Sequence record: NC_048047.1
Length of the DNA stretch: 64,000 bases
Reading direction: 5' to 3' (one strand)
Shown one piece after another: positions 49,616 to 58,601 of this stretch (within the stretch, counting starts at the first letter, position 1; each line of letters opens with the position of its first letter). Position numbers and translations under genes: made by a program. The notes beneath the pieces are model-generated. The model was not told where the DNA came from and made no database searches. It saw nothing but the letters and a program-made list of their open reading frames with translations.

Positions 49616-52432
49616 GTGACCCTCGCTTCCCATAAGACCGCCCTCTCGCCCTATCCCCATGAGGAGCGCGCCAAGCGCCGCGCCGGTGTGCGCCGTATGC
49701 GCAAGCTCGCCGAGGACATCCGGGCCGATCACGTCCGGGACCGCGAGCAGGACCCCCAGCGCGCGGCTGCCGCCACCGCCATCACCGGCGTGACCGAGCC
49801 CCATCACCAAGTCGCCCTGCTGGAGCAGATCGCCGACAAAATCCAGACCGAGCACCTGGACAAGCTTTATCCGCTGGCCCGTGACGACTTCTCCGCCTTC
49901 TGCGAGGTCATCAGCCCCGAGGAGCCGCCCGAGAGCCCCTGGCACATCTGGCTGACCAACTTCCTGCAAGAGGTCGAGCTTTCGCCCGATCTCAACAAGG
50001 TGGTGCTCAACGTGCCGCCCGGCCACGCCAAGCCCCTGCACGAGGACACCCTGGTGCTGATGGGCGATGGCGCCTATCGGCCGCTCAAGGACATCCAGGT
50101 CGGCGACCGCGTCTGGACCCACGCCGGCCGCGCCCGTCCCGTCACCGCCGTCCACGAGCAGGGCAAGCTCTCCACCGTCGAGATCGTCACCGAGGCGGGC
50201 CGCATTGTGCGCGCCGCCCCCGACCACCCGTTCCTGGTCAAGCTGGGGACCAAGGACGACGGGACCCCGATCGCCGAATGGATCAACGCCGGCGACCTGC
50301 GGCCGGGCATGCCCGTGGTGATATCGGCCCACAAGCCGCCGAGCGTCGAGCACCGTCACTATGACGGCGACCACACCACGGCCGAGACCTACAACAAGCC
50401 CCTGCGCCGGGCCGAGGCCCTGGGCTACATGGCGCTGGGCGGGGCGCTGCACTGGCAGAAGTCCAAGACCCAGGTCACCCCCTCGCCCGACTTCCGTCTG
50501 TCGACCCACAAGCGCGCGCTGATGAAGCACATCGTCAAGCTGGTCAAGACCGGCCTTGGCCACCACATCAGCGTCTGCAAGGTCGCCTCCCAGAACACCT
50601 TCGTCGCCCGCCTGGGCGTCAAGGGTTTCCGTGATCTCAACGCCGGCGACTGGTTCACCTACGAGCCGGAGAAGCGCCGCGTCCCGCCGTGCATCTTCAC
50701 CGCCAGCAAGGACGAGATCGCCGCCTTCCTGGGCGCGGCCTTCTCCCTGCGCGGCGAGGTCATCCGCCGGCTGCGGGGCAAGAACCTGCGCCTCTACCAT
50801 CGCTCTATGGACCTGCTTCTGGACGTGCAGAAGTTGTGCGCCACGCTAGGGGCCGCAGGAAGCCTCGACAGGGGCGATCCTGACTTCGGGGGCCGACCCT
50901 GCTTGAACCTCGACTTCGCCGCTGTGGCAGCCCTCCAGGCGGCCGGAGTGAGCTTCGATGGCGAGACCGACACCGACCTCGTCAATCAGCCGCCCTTCAC
51001 CATGCTGATCCCGCGTCCGAGCGACACCGACGCGGTCGTCTCGGTGCTGCCGGCCAAGAAGGCCCGCTGCCTGTGCCTGACCGTCGAGGAGGACCACAGC
51101 TTCACCGCCGAGACCCTGGTGGTCAAGAACTCCACCTATGCCTCGCGCCTGTTCGTGGCGTGGCGCCTGGGGCGTGACCCCAACCAGCGCATCATCGGCG
51201 GCGGCCACAGTCAGAACTTCGTCGAGAACGAGTTCTCCTCGAAAATCCGCAACATCGTCACCTCGCCGGAATTCCAGCGCGTCTTCCCTGGCATCACCGT
51301 CGACCACCAGACCAACGCCAAGCAGCAGTGGGCGATCGCCGGCTACAAGGGCCAGTACGTGGCGCGCGGCGTGGGCCAGGGCATCCACGGTTTCCGCGCC
51401 ACCTTCATCTGCGTCGATGACCCCTACTCCAAGATCGAGGACGCCAACAGCCCGGTTCACCGGCGCAAGGTCGAGCAGTGGTTCGACGCCGACATTGGTT
51501 CGCGCGCCCTGCCCAACTGCAAGACCTTCCTGATCATGACCCGCTTCCATGGTGAGGATTTGACTAATCACCTGGAGGAGATGAACAAGGTCCTCCCCGA
51601 CAATGCAAAGTGGAAGATCGTTACTGTTCCGGCCATCTGCTTTGATGAAGAAACAGACCTTCTAGGCCGCAAAATCGGTGAGTTTTTGTGGGATTACTAT
51701 CCGTTGTCCTACTTCGTTGACAAGAAGATTCAGTTTGGATTTCTGGGTTTCGCCCTCACCTACCAACAGGTGTCGTCTGCCGCAAATCCCGACAACATCG
51801 CCAGCAAGTTCAACTTCTACGATTCCCTGCCCCACGAGTCGCCTGAAGTTAAGGCCCGCGCCCCTCGCGACCAGTTCGGCAGGCCGCAGATTAACGAGGG
51901 TGATTTTTACCGGCGCACCATCGTCTCGGTCGATACCGCCTCCAAGACCACCGAACGCGCCGACTACACGGTCGTGCAGGTCTGGCGCGAGGATTTCCGG
52001 GGCAAGCACTACCTCGTCCACCAGGACCGCCGGAAGGTCGAGTTCAACGACCTGATCTCGATGATCGAGGCGCCGGCCATCAAGTACCGGGCCGACCAAA
52101 TCCTCGTCGAGGACAAGGGCTCGGGCACCCAGTACCTGCAAAACCGGGGCTCGACCGACAATCAGAAGCGTCAGGCGCCCTGTCCGCTGGTGGCGGTCAA
52201 TCCTGGCGTGGCCGGCAAGAGCTTCCGTTTTGACGGTGTCACGCCCATGATCGAGGGCGGCGATGTCTGGCTGCCCAAGGATGCGCCCTGGATCGAGCAG
52301 CTTCTGGTCGAGATCGGCCAGTTCCCCGACAGCGCTCACGATGACCAAGTCGACGCCATGAGCCAGTACCTCAACCACGCCAAGAAGAACCGCACCCGCT
52401 ACGGCAGTCGCAAGATCACCAAGCACACGTAA
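49616..52432 (+). CDS. terL: terminase large subunit containing an intein
   Basis: Walker A PPGHAK/ST split by the intein; GVGQGIHGFRA, ICVDDP Walker B, LIMTRFH, nuclease SVDTA, LVEDKGSG, HDDQVDAMSQ. Confidence 0.95.
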   Translation: MTLASHKTALSPYPHEERAKRRAGVRRMRKLAEDIRADHVRDREQDPQRAAAATAITGVTEPHHQVALLEQIADKIQTEHLDKLYPLARDDFSAFCEVISPEEPPESPWHIWLTNFLQEVELSPDLNKVVLNVPPGHAKPLHEDTLVLMGDGAYRPLKDIQVGDRVWTHAGRARPVTAVHEQGKLSTVEIVTEAGRIVRAAPDHPFLVKLGTKDDGTPIAEWINAGDLRPGMPVVISAHKPPSVEHRHYDGDHTTAETYNKPLRRAEALGYMALGGALHWQKSKTQVTPSPDFRLSTHKRALMKHIVKLVKTGLGHHISVCKVASQNTFVARLGVKGFRDLNAGDWFTYEPEKRRVPPCIFTASKDEIAAFLGAAFSLRGEVIRRLRGKNLRLYHRSMDLLLDVQKLCATLGAAGSLDRGDPDFGGRPCLNLDFAAVAALQAAGVSFDGETDTDLVNQPPFTMLIPRPSDTDAVVSVLPAKKARCLCLTVEEDHSFTAETLVVKNSTYASRLFVAWRLGRDPNQRIIGGGHSQNFVENEFSSKIRNIVTSPEFQRVFPGITVDHQTNAKQQWAIAGYKGQYVARGVGQGIHGFRATFICVDDPYSKIEDANSPVHRRKVEQWFDADIGSRALPNCKTFLIMTRFHGEDLTNHLEEMNKVLPDNAKWKIVTVPAICFDEETDLLGRKIGEFLWDYYPLSYFVDKKIQFGFLGFALTYQQVSSAANPDNIASKFNFYDSLPHESPEVKARAPRDQFGRPQINEGDFYRRTIVSVDTASKTTERADYTVVQVWREDFRGKHYLVHQDRRKVEFNDLISMIEAPAIKYRADQILVEDKGSGTQYLQNRGSTDNQKRQAPCPLVAVNPGVAGKSFRFDGVTPMIEGGDVWLPKDAPWIEQLLVEIGQFPDSAHDDQVDAMSQYLNHAKKNRTRYGSRKITKHT
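50033..51130 (+). mobile_element. 366-aa intein (Pro1 start, block-F Cys, class-3-like) with degenerate LAGLIDADG region
   Basis: PLHEDTLVLMGDG...IQVGDRV (block A), APDHPF (block B), CLCLTVEEDHSF (block F), VVKN/S end. Confidence 0.9.
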
Positions 52433-52607
52433 CCGCCCCAAGTCGACGATAGCCGACATCTCCAGGTGTCGCCGATCGACGACTTTGACGCCTGCGGGGC
52501 GCGTTAACCATGTTTGTTTACCCTCTTTGGCCCGTTAACCTTAATAAAATCCCAGGTAGTACCAGGTATGGCCGGTACTACCAGCGGTAATACCGGAGAA
52601 AAGCCCT

Positions 52608-53177
52608 GTGTTTCGCTATCTGACCGCCCTTTTCGACCACATCGTCCACTACAAGCTCGCCCCGGCCCATCGCCGCATCGCCCCCGAGGGGCAGGCGGCC
52701 CTCGACCGCCTCAAGGCGGTTGATCGCCAGATCGAGGCCGGCGTCTACCAAGGCAGCGACGTGCGCGGCACCCGCGCCTACGCCTTCCACCACATCCCGC
52801 CGCGCGAGCGCCTGATCGCCGCCAACAAGGGCCGCGACGTCACCGGCCTTACCCCGCGTCGCGAGCGGCGCCTGTCGGTGGCGGGCAAGAAGCCCTGGCA
52901 GCCGCTGCTGGTCACCGAGCCGCCGCGTGATCCCGAGGAACTGGCCCGTGAGCGTGAGGATGAGGCCAGCACGTTGCGCGCCAGCGCCGAGCATCTGGCC
53001 AAGCGCGCGGCCTCGCGCCTGATGCGCCAGCGGCTGGGCGAGCGCTATGCGCCTTACCGTAGCCTGGGCCAGGAGGTGCTGAGCAATGTCGGCCTGGACG
53101 CCACCTGGGTGAGGGCCGGCTATCAGCAGGCCATCGACGATGCTCACCCGATCGCCGCCACGCCGGACGAGGTCTAG
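52608..53177 (+). CDS. hypothetical basic protein
   Basis: 189 aa ORF with typical codon bias after TerL. Confidence 0.65.
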   Translation: MFRYLTALFDHIVHYKLAPAHRRIAPEGQAALDRLKAVDRQIEAGVYQGSDVRGTRAYAFHHIPPRERLIAANKGRDVTGLTPRRERRLSVAGKKPWQPLLVTEPPRDPEELAREREDEASTLRASAEHLAKRAASRLMRQRLGERYAPYRSLGQEVLSNVGLDATWVRAGYQQAIDDAHPIAATPDEV

Positions 53178-53286
53178 GGACCCTGCGTCCAAGCCCTTGG
53201 GGACCCTGGCTGAAAAACCGCCAGGGACCCTGGACAAAACAGGTCAGGGACCCTGCGCCAAAACGGTCGGGGACCCTGGCCAAAAT
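53177..53286. repeat. five GGGACCCTG repeats, 23-24 bp period
   Basis: copies at 53177, 53200, 53224, 53247, 53270; last four followed by an A4-5 tract. Confidence 0.9.
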
Positions 53287-53664
53287 CGCTTCCAGCCCAG
53301 CCGGAAATTCACATCCCCATGCTCCTTTCCCTCACCAGCCTGATCGGCGCCCTGCTGATCGCCGCCGTCGCGGTCTTCGCCCTGTGCGGCGAGATCGACT
53401 GGTGCATTGACGGCCAGTGCGGCTCCTGGCGCGGCCCCTTTGCCCCGCCCGGTCCTAGTTCATCGCTTTCGTGACAGGTCTTGATTTCCTTGGGCTTTTT
53501 GGCCTGCTGTCACGATTCAAAAGGTTTCACGCGTGCCCCGAGCCCTGAAAATCCACCCAAAATGGGCGATTTTGATCGATCTCTGGCTCTGGGCGGCGGT
53601 CCGCGTCTACGCATGGGTCCACAATGCGAGGCCGGAGGCCGGTGCGCCACCCACCAAGTCGTGA

Positions 53665-53694
53665 GACATGTCAAGCCCCCTCGCTTGACATGTC
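53665..53694. repeat. perfect 11-bp inverted repeat
   Basis: GACATGTCAAG-8 nt-CTTGACATGTC. Confidence 0.8.
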
Positions 53695-54103
53695 ATAGTT
53701 TGTCCGAAAGGTGACAGCGTCGGCGCAAAAGAAATCGCGTTGACTCCGCAAACCCAGGCCAGCCTTGACGTTGCGCCATTCTCCGCAGGTTTTGCGGTGA
53801 TTGCCCCGGCTATTCGCCGCACGTGTCAGCAAAACCGCCTATGTGACGTCCTGCTTGACATGGCTCAAGTTCCGTGGCACGGGAAAGGCTCGGGCGTGTG
53901 CTCGGATGGAAAGCTCCGCTGTCGGCTTCAAGCCAAGGCCTGGGTGGAACACCAGCGCTAGACCTGCCCGCCGACGCCCTCGACCCCATGCGATCGCCGG
54001 CGGGGGACCACCGCCTTCGCCTGCCACACCCGGCGAGGATCGAAGGCGAGAAACGCCCACCAGAGCCCGCCGCCCTGGTGGGCGTTTTGGTGTCCGGCCT
54101 TGA

Positions 54104-54298
54104 ACTTGACGTCGGGCCATTTCGCCGCCGACTTGACGTCGGATCATTTGCCCGGCCGACTTGATGATCGCCCATTTCGCCTGGACTTGACGCCGGCGCA
54201 TTTCAAATTTGACGCGAGCGCATTTCCTTCCCAAATTTGACGAAAGGCCATTTCAAACTTGACTTGACGTCATTTCATTTCTTGACCTGACGCCATTC
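54104..54298. repeat. array of TTGACG-N6-CATTT units
   Basis: units at 54106, 54133, 54161, 54187, 54209, 54237, 54259, 54264, 54282, plus an outlier at 53765. Confidence 0.9.
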
Positions 54299-54314
54299 CA
54301 TCCCGCTGGCCGGG

Positions 54315-54530
54315 TAAGGTTAACGGCCGATTAACCATGTGGCGAGTAAGGTTAATTTTCAAGGTTAACGCGCATGGTGAACGAACAGGGTTAACGCGCC
54401 TTAAGGTTACCCGTTAAGGTTAACAGGCGTTAAGGTTAACGGTTAGGGTTGAAAATTAAGGTTAACCCGGCTCAAGGCCCTACCGGCGGCCGTTAAGGTT
54501 AACGCCAGGGGCAAAATCGTTAAGGTTAAC
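54315..54530. repeat. cluster of TTAAGGTTAAC-like repeats including a TTAA-N7-TTAA box
   Basis: full copies at 54414, 54430, 54456, 54493, 54520 plus partial copies; TTAA-N7-TTAA at 54320-54334. Confidence 0.85.
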
Positions 54531-54533
54531 GCC

Positions 54534-54620
54534 CAAAACAGCGAAAATCAGCAAAAATCGTCCAAAAATAGCGAAAATCAGCGCAAAATAGCGCTTTTTA
54601 GGCCGAAAATCACCGAAAAT
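54534..54620. other. phased A-tract region (predicted bent DNA)
   Basis: repeated A4-5 tracts about every 10-11 bp (CAAAACAGCGAAAATCAGCAAAAATCGTCCAAAAATAGCGAAAATCAGCGCAAAATAG...). Confidence 0.75.
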
Positions 54621-54929
54621 CCGGTTTTCTGACCCATTTTAGGGTTAATGTCGCGCCCTAACCCGATTTTGGGCGACACCCAGGCGAACGGGCGCCGGCC
54701 GGGTCGTGATCCCCGGCCGGTGGGTCAGTGGAGCAGCCAGAGCAGAAACGCCAGCGCCGCCAGTGACCAGCCGTTCAGCAATTTCAGGGTGGGCGCCTCT
54801 CTCGTCTGCCGTGGCCGCTCGCCACCCCTCATTCATCGCATACAAGAAAACTGTTGCCAAGCCCCAAAGATCGCTTGACAGCATAAAAGCCCAATGCGAC
54901 AAGAGGCCATCCAAACGGGAGACACCCCA

Positions 54930-55502
54930 ATGACCGAGCAAACCCTAGACCTTCTCTATCCGGCCCTGATGCTGGAGCAGAAGATTCCCCACCGCGAAGG
55001 CATGTTGCGGCTGGCCATCGTCCTGCGCGACTTTGGCCCCAAGGCGCCCCATCGCTACGTCACCCACCTGCGGATCGAAAACCCCGTACCGGGCTCGGAA
55101 CACGCCTTCACCTACAGCTATGACCACGGCACCTATTCGGCCGACCTGCGCCGCGCCACCACGGTCTATTTCGAGCGCGTCGCCGAGCGGGTCATGACCG
55201 CCATGGTCGCCCTTCACGACCTGCCCGAAGTCGCCCCGCCCCCGCCGACCGTCACCATGCCGCTCGAACTGGCCCAGACCGCCTATGGCCTGATCGATGA
55301 CAACGAACTGGACCTGTCCAAGGCCTGCGGCAACGTCACCTTGGTCGAGGCCGCCATTACCGGGCTGGCGGGCGTCCTGGGCTCGCTCAAATACTTCCGC
55401 GACGTCGAGGAAGGCAACGCCAAGCTTCTGGAGGCCTATGAAGCCGCCCAGGCCGCCCGTGACGCCGCCCTGGAGGCCGAATCCGAGGCCGAAGAGGCCT
55501 AA
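54930..55502 (+). CDS. early-type hypothetical protein, cassette 1
   Basis: promoter TTGACA at 54875, RBS GGGAGACACCCC. Confidence 0.8.
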   Translation: MTEQTLDLLYPALMLEQKIPHREGMLRLAIVLRDFGPKAPHRYVTHLRIENPVPGSEHAFTYSYDHGTYSADLRRATTVYFERVAERVMTAMVALHDLPEVAPPPPTVTMPLELAQTAYGLIDDNELDLSKACGNVTLVEAAITGLAGVLGSLKYFRDVEEGNAKLLEAYEAAQAARDAALEAESEAEEA

Positions 55503-55509
55503 AAGGACG

Positions 55510-55536
55510 CGCCCAGGCCTCCCCGGCCTGGGCGTT
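55510..55536 (+). terminator. hairpin terminator
   Basis: CGCCCAGGCC-TCCCC-GGCCTGGGCG-TT. Confidence 0.65.
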
Positions 55537-55573
55537 GCCCATTCACCAGGCGTTAAGGTTAACCGCGAAATTA

Positions 55574-55617
55574 GTGCGAGAAATCTGTTGACACGCATTG
55601 AGGCCCTATGCGAGAAC
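55574..55617 (+). promoter_or_regulatory. cassette promoter
   Basis: GTGCGAGAAATCTG-TTGACA(55588)-CGCATTGAGGCCCTATGCGAGAAC. Confidence 0.85.
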
Positions 55618-55646
55618 AAAGCTCCACTTCATGAGGAGCGCCAAGC

Positions 55647-56303
55647 ATGGCCCTGCCCGATCGCCTCTTTGTTTCCACCGACGGCGCGCTTTACGACACG
55701 GCCGCAGAGGACTGGAGCCGCCGCGCGCCCGTGCGCCGCCGCTACAATATCCTGACCAGCGAGGTCACCGATATGCAGGACGTCAAGGCCGCCCTGCGCC
55801 ATGGCCCCTACGCCTTCCCCGGCGGCTATCCGCACTATTTCGTCACCCGCGACGGCGTGGCCCTGTCCTTCGACAGCGTGCGCAAGATGCTCTATCAGGT
55901 CGCGGACGATTTTCAGCATGACGCCTCGACCGGCTGGCGCATCGCCGCCATCGTCCCCAATTTCGAAGACGACGATCTCGTCTGCGACCACAGCGGCGAG
56001 AAAATCCCCTCGGCCTATGGCGCGGGCGATGAGTCGCAAGACGATGACGCCCCCATGGCCTGGGCGGTCGGCGCCAACGTCTCGGGCTTCATGCCCGACA
56101 GCGAGCCGGTGCATTATGCCGATTGGACCGACGCGCGGCGCGGCCTGATCGACCTAATCGGACAAGCCCGCGAGGCCTACGAGGAAGACTCCGCCGAGGA
56201 CGCAGCTTTCCAGACCATGCTGGACGCCTTGCGCGCCGTGCCCGATGAGGCTGAGTTCAATTGGGGCGCGGTCGGCTATCGCTGGTGGCTTGAGCGCCTG
56301 TAA
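55647..56303 (+). CDS. early-type hypothetical protein (PGGYP motif)
   Basis: SD GAGGAG; FPGGYPHYFVTRDG...NFEDDDLVCDHSG. Confidence 0.8.
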   Translation: MALPDRLFVSTDGALYDTAAEDWSRRAPVRRRYNILTSEVTDMQDVKAALRHGPYAFPGGYPHYFVTRDGVALSFDSVRKMLYQVADDFQHDASTGWRIAAIVPNFEDDDLVCDHSGEKIPSAYGAGDESQDDDAPMAWAVGANVSGFMPDSEPVHYADWTDARRGLIDLIGQAREAYEEDSAEDAAFQTMLDALRAVPDEAEFNWGAVGYRWWLERL

Positions 56304-56308
56304 CCGCG

Positions 56309-56334
56309 AGCCCAGGCCTTCGCGCCTGGGCTTT
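56309..56334 (+). terminator. hairpin terminator
   Basis: AGCCCAGGC-CTTCGC-GCCTGGGCT-TT. Confidence 0.7.
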
Positions 56335-56485
56335 GCCCCGCCCCCTGGGCGTTAAGGTTACCCGCGAAAATAGTGCAAGAAACCTGTTGACTCGCTTTGC
56401 CGCCCATGCGAGAACAGGGCTCAGACGAAACGACGAGACCACAAAGGAGGCCGCCATGAAGTAGCGACAATCTGGAGCACATCTC

Positions 56486-56959
56486 ATGGAAATCTACGTT
56501 GGCCTGCGTGACGATCTGGTTCAGGTCGGGACTCATTGGGAGGACGGGGAACCGGAGTTTGCCCGTGTCATCACGGTCTATCTCCAGGCGCCTGACGGCT
56601 CCCGGATCATCCACGATTACCGGTTCACCACGCGCGGCCCCCAAACCCAGGATGGGGATGGGATGCCATGTTGGCCACAACTCGATATCGAGGCTGTCGT
56701 CACCGAGGCGCAAGCCTTCCGCGACAAGGTGGAAGCCCATCTCAAGGCTGGTGGCCGCATCAAGCGCGAGCATTGGCGCGAGATCGATCCGGCCTACGGG
56801 TCCAGGGCCTATGCCGATCTCGACCAGTTCGGCTATTGGCGCGCCATCGAACGTCAAGGCTGGCGCGACCATGGCGAGAACGTTCCGCCCGATCAGTGGG
56901 ACGCCATCGCCGGTTTTGCCGAACCCAACGGCTGGCCCTTGCCAGACCTCTTTGCCTGA
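56486..56959 (+). CDS. early-type hypothetical protein
   Basis: promoter TTGACT at 56387; SD GGAG. Confidence 0.75.
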   Translation: MEIYVGLRDDLVQVGTHWEDGEPEFARVITVYLQAPDGSRIIHDYRFTTRGPQTQDGDGMPCWPQLDIEAVVTEAQAFRDKVEAHLKAGGRIKREHWREIDPAYGSRAYADLDQFGYWRAIERQGWRDHGENVPPDQWDAIAGFAEPNGWPLPDLFA

Positions 56960-56963
56960 TCCC

Positions 56964-56993
56964 AAGGCCCGCCTCCCCGGCGGGCCTTTTCTT
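56964..56993 (+). terminator. rho-independent terminator
   Basis: AAGGCCCGCC-loop-GGCGGGCCTT-TTCTT. Confidence 0.85.
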
Positions 56994-57006
56994 GACCACC
57001 GCCTGG

Positions 57007-57037
57007 GGTTAACCTTAACGTCGCCTTAAGGTTAACC
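57007..57037. promoter_or_regulatory. palindromic operator containing CtrA-type TTAA-N7-TTAA
   Basis: GGTTAACCTTAA-CGTCGCC-TTAAGGTTAACC. Confidence 0.85.
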
Positions 57038-57145
57038 CGCCCAGGCCGGCGCCCAGGCGAAAAAGATTGCGAGAAACCTGTTGACACGCATGGAAGCCCT
57101 ATGCGAGAACAGGGCACCAATTCAACGCCAGCCGGGAGACACCCC

Positions 57146-58148
57146 ATGGCCCTTGTCACCGAGTCCTTTGTCGTCGATATCGACTGCACCCGCGCCCTGA
57201 CTGCCGCCGAGCGGCGAGGACTGGCCGGCGCCATCGCCCAGGTCCTGGGCGTCAATATTGATCGTGTCGAGCCCGAACCGGGCGGTTTCCTGACCGCCAA
57301 TATCGGCCGCGTGCGCCCGGCCGGCATGGTCGGCGCCTCAGGTCAAGAGGCTCGGATCAAGACCGAGGCCCTGACCAGCCGCGACCATGACGCGCCCGTC
57401 GCCCTGACCCTGGAGGCTGGCGAGCGCGTCGATGTCATCGCCCGCTTCTACTGCATGGCCGATGCTGAGACCTATCTGAACGAAAACCCCGACATCGACC
57501 CGGTGTCGCTGAACCTGGGCTGCTATGGCATTGACGCGCCGTTTGGCGTGGCCAGCGACGCGGACGGCGACAAGCTCCTCTATGAGCTGGGCTATCGCCT
57601 GCACGCCACGGGCGGCGGGTCGTGGTCCTTCACCGATCCGAAGGGCTATCTCTGGGACGGCGGCGGCAAGCGTGAGGCCGTGGTCATGATCGCCCTGAAA
57701 CAAGCCGCCGACGCCGAGGAGGCCTAAGACCATGACCGGTTACACGATCAAGCTCGAAGTTCAGGTCAACCCGGCTGACAGCCTGGAGCAGGCGCGCAAG
57801 GACGTCGAGACCGCCATTATCAAGGCCGATCTTCCGGCCTGGATGGAATGGATGATCATCGACGCCGCGCCCCTGGCGCCGGTGATCGCGCCGGCCACGC
57901 GCTGGGCGACCTTCGTCGGTCAGGCCTGGATCAACGGCCACACGATGGAAGTGGACGACAGCCGCGTGAGCTACGGTGTCACTGACGAGGAGTTTGACGA
58001 AAACGGCGGGGACGAGCCGGCCGACTTCGACGCCCTGGCCCAGGCCGCCCGCGCTCCCGACTGGGTGCGCAACTGGTCAGGCCCCTTCGACATCTACATC
58101 TCGGACATTCCAGACGGGCAGGACCCGGATATTCCGGTTTTCGGCTAA
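57146..58148 (+). CDS. two early-type hypothetical proteins (57146-57727, 57732-58148)
   Basis: promoter TTGACA at 57081, RBS GGGAGACACCCC. Confidence 0.8.
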
Positions 58149-58217
58149 GGGTGCAAGAAAGCTGTTGACAGCATAACAGCCCTATGCGAGAAAGGGTCAT
58201 AGCAAGGAGACACCGCT

Positions 58218-58448
58218 ATGACCCCCAACCCGACCGAAGAGGGCAAGGCCGCCGCCCGCCAATGGCTGGCCAACTCGACCAGCGAATGGGCGCCCGAGCC
58301 CAAGAACCCCTATCGCACCCTGGCCCGGTCGATGACCGCCCGCACCGACGAGGAACGCCGCTGGGACGCGGGCTATCAGCACATCCTCGACCTGGAATTC
58401 CCCGACGACGGCGCCGAGCAGCGCGCCGAACGCGCCTTTGGCTGCTAG
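58218..58448 (+). CDS. small early-type protein, Rmf-like pattern
   Basis: own promoter at 58165; EEGKAAA...KNPY...RRWDAGY. Confidence 0.75.
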   Translation: MTPNPTEEGKAAARQWLANSTSEWAPEPKNPYRTLARSMTARTDEERRWDAGYQHILDLEFPDDGAEQRAERAFGC

Positions 58449-58494
58449 AGAGGTCCGCCGGCTCACCCCGGCGGACTTTCCACCACCGCCCGGC

Positions 58495-58522
58495 GTTAAC
58501 CTTAACGCCGCCTTAAGGTTAC
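58495..58522. promoter_or_regulatory. CtrA-type operator after hairpin at 58451-58480
   Basis: GTTAACCTTAA-CGCCGCC-TTAAGGTTAC. Confidence 0.8.
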
Positions 58523-58601
58523 CCGCGAAAATAGTGCAAGAAAGCTGTTGACAGCATAGAGGCCCTATGCGAGAAAGGCTCATCGAAACGGGAGACACCC
58601 C

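Noticed and set aside
49520-50800. Long minus-strand ORFs such as 49520-50800, 41837-43093, 61938-63722, 58197-59330 and 20634-21674
   Set aside because: They are antisense shadows of well-supported plus-strand genes in high-GC DNA, with no RBS or recognisable motifs.
50330-50960. Active homing endonuclease in the intein
   Set aside because: Both LAGLIDADG-like blocks lack the conserved acidic residues, so it is probably inactive.
53400-54900. Short ORFs in the repeat-rich block after terL
   Set aside because: They lack codon bias and RBS and overlap the repeat arrays, so the block is treated as non-coding. A possible 51-aa hydrophobic ORF from 53319 is too weakly supported to list.
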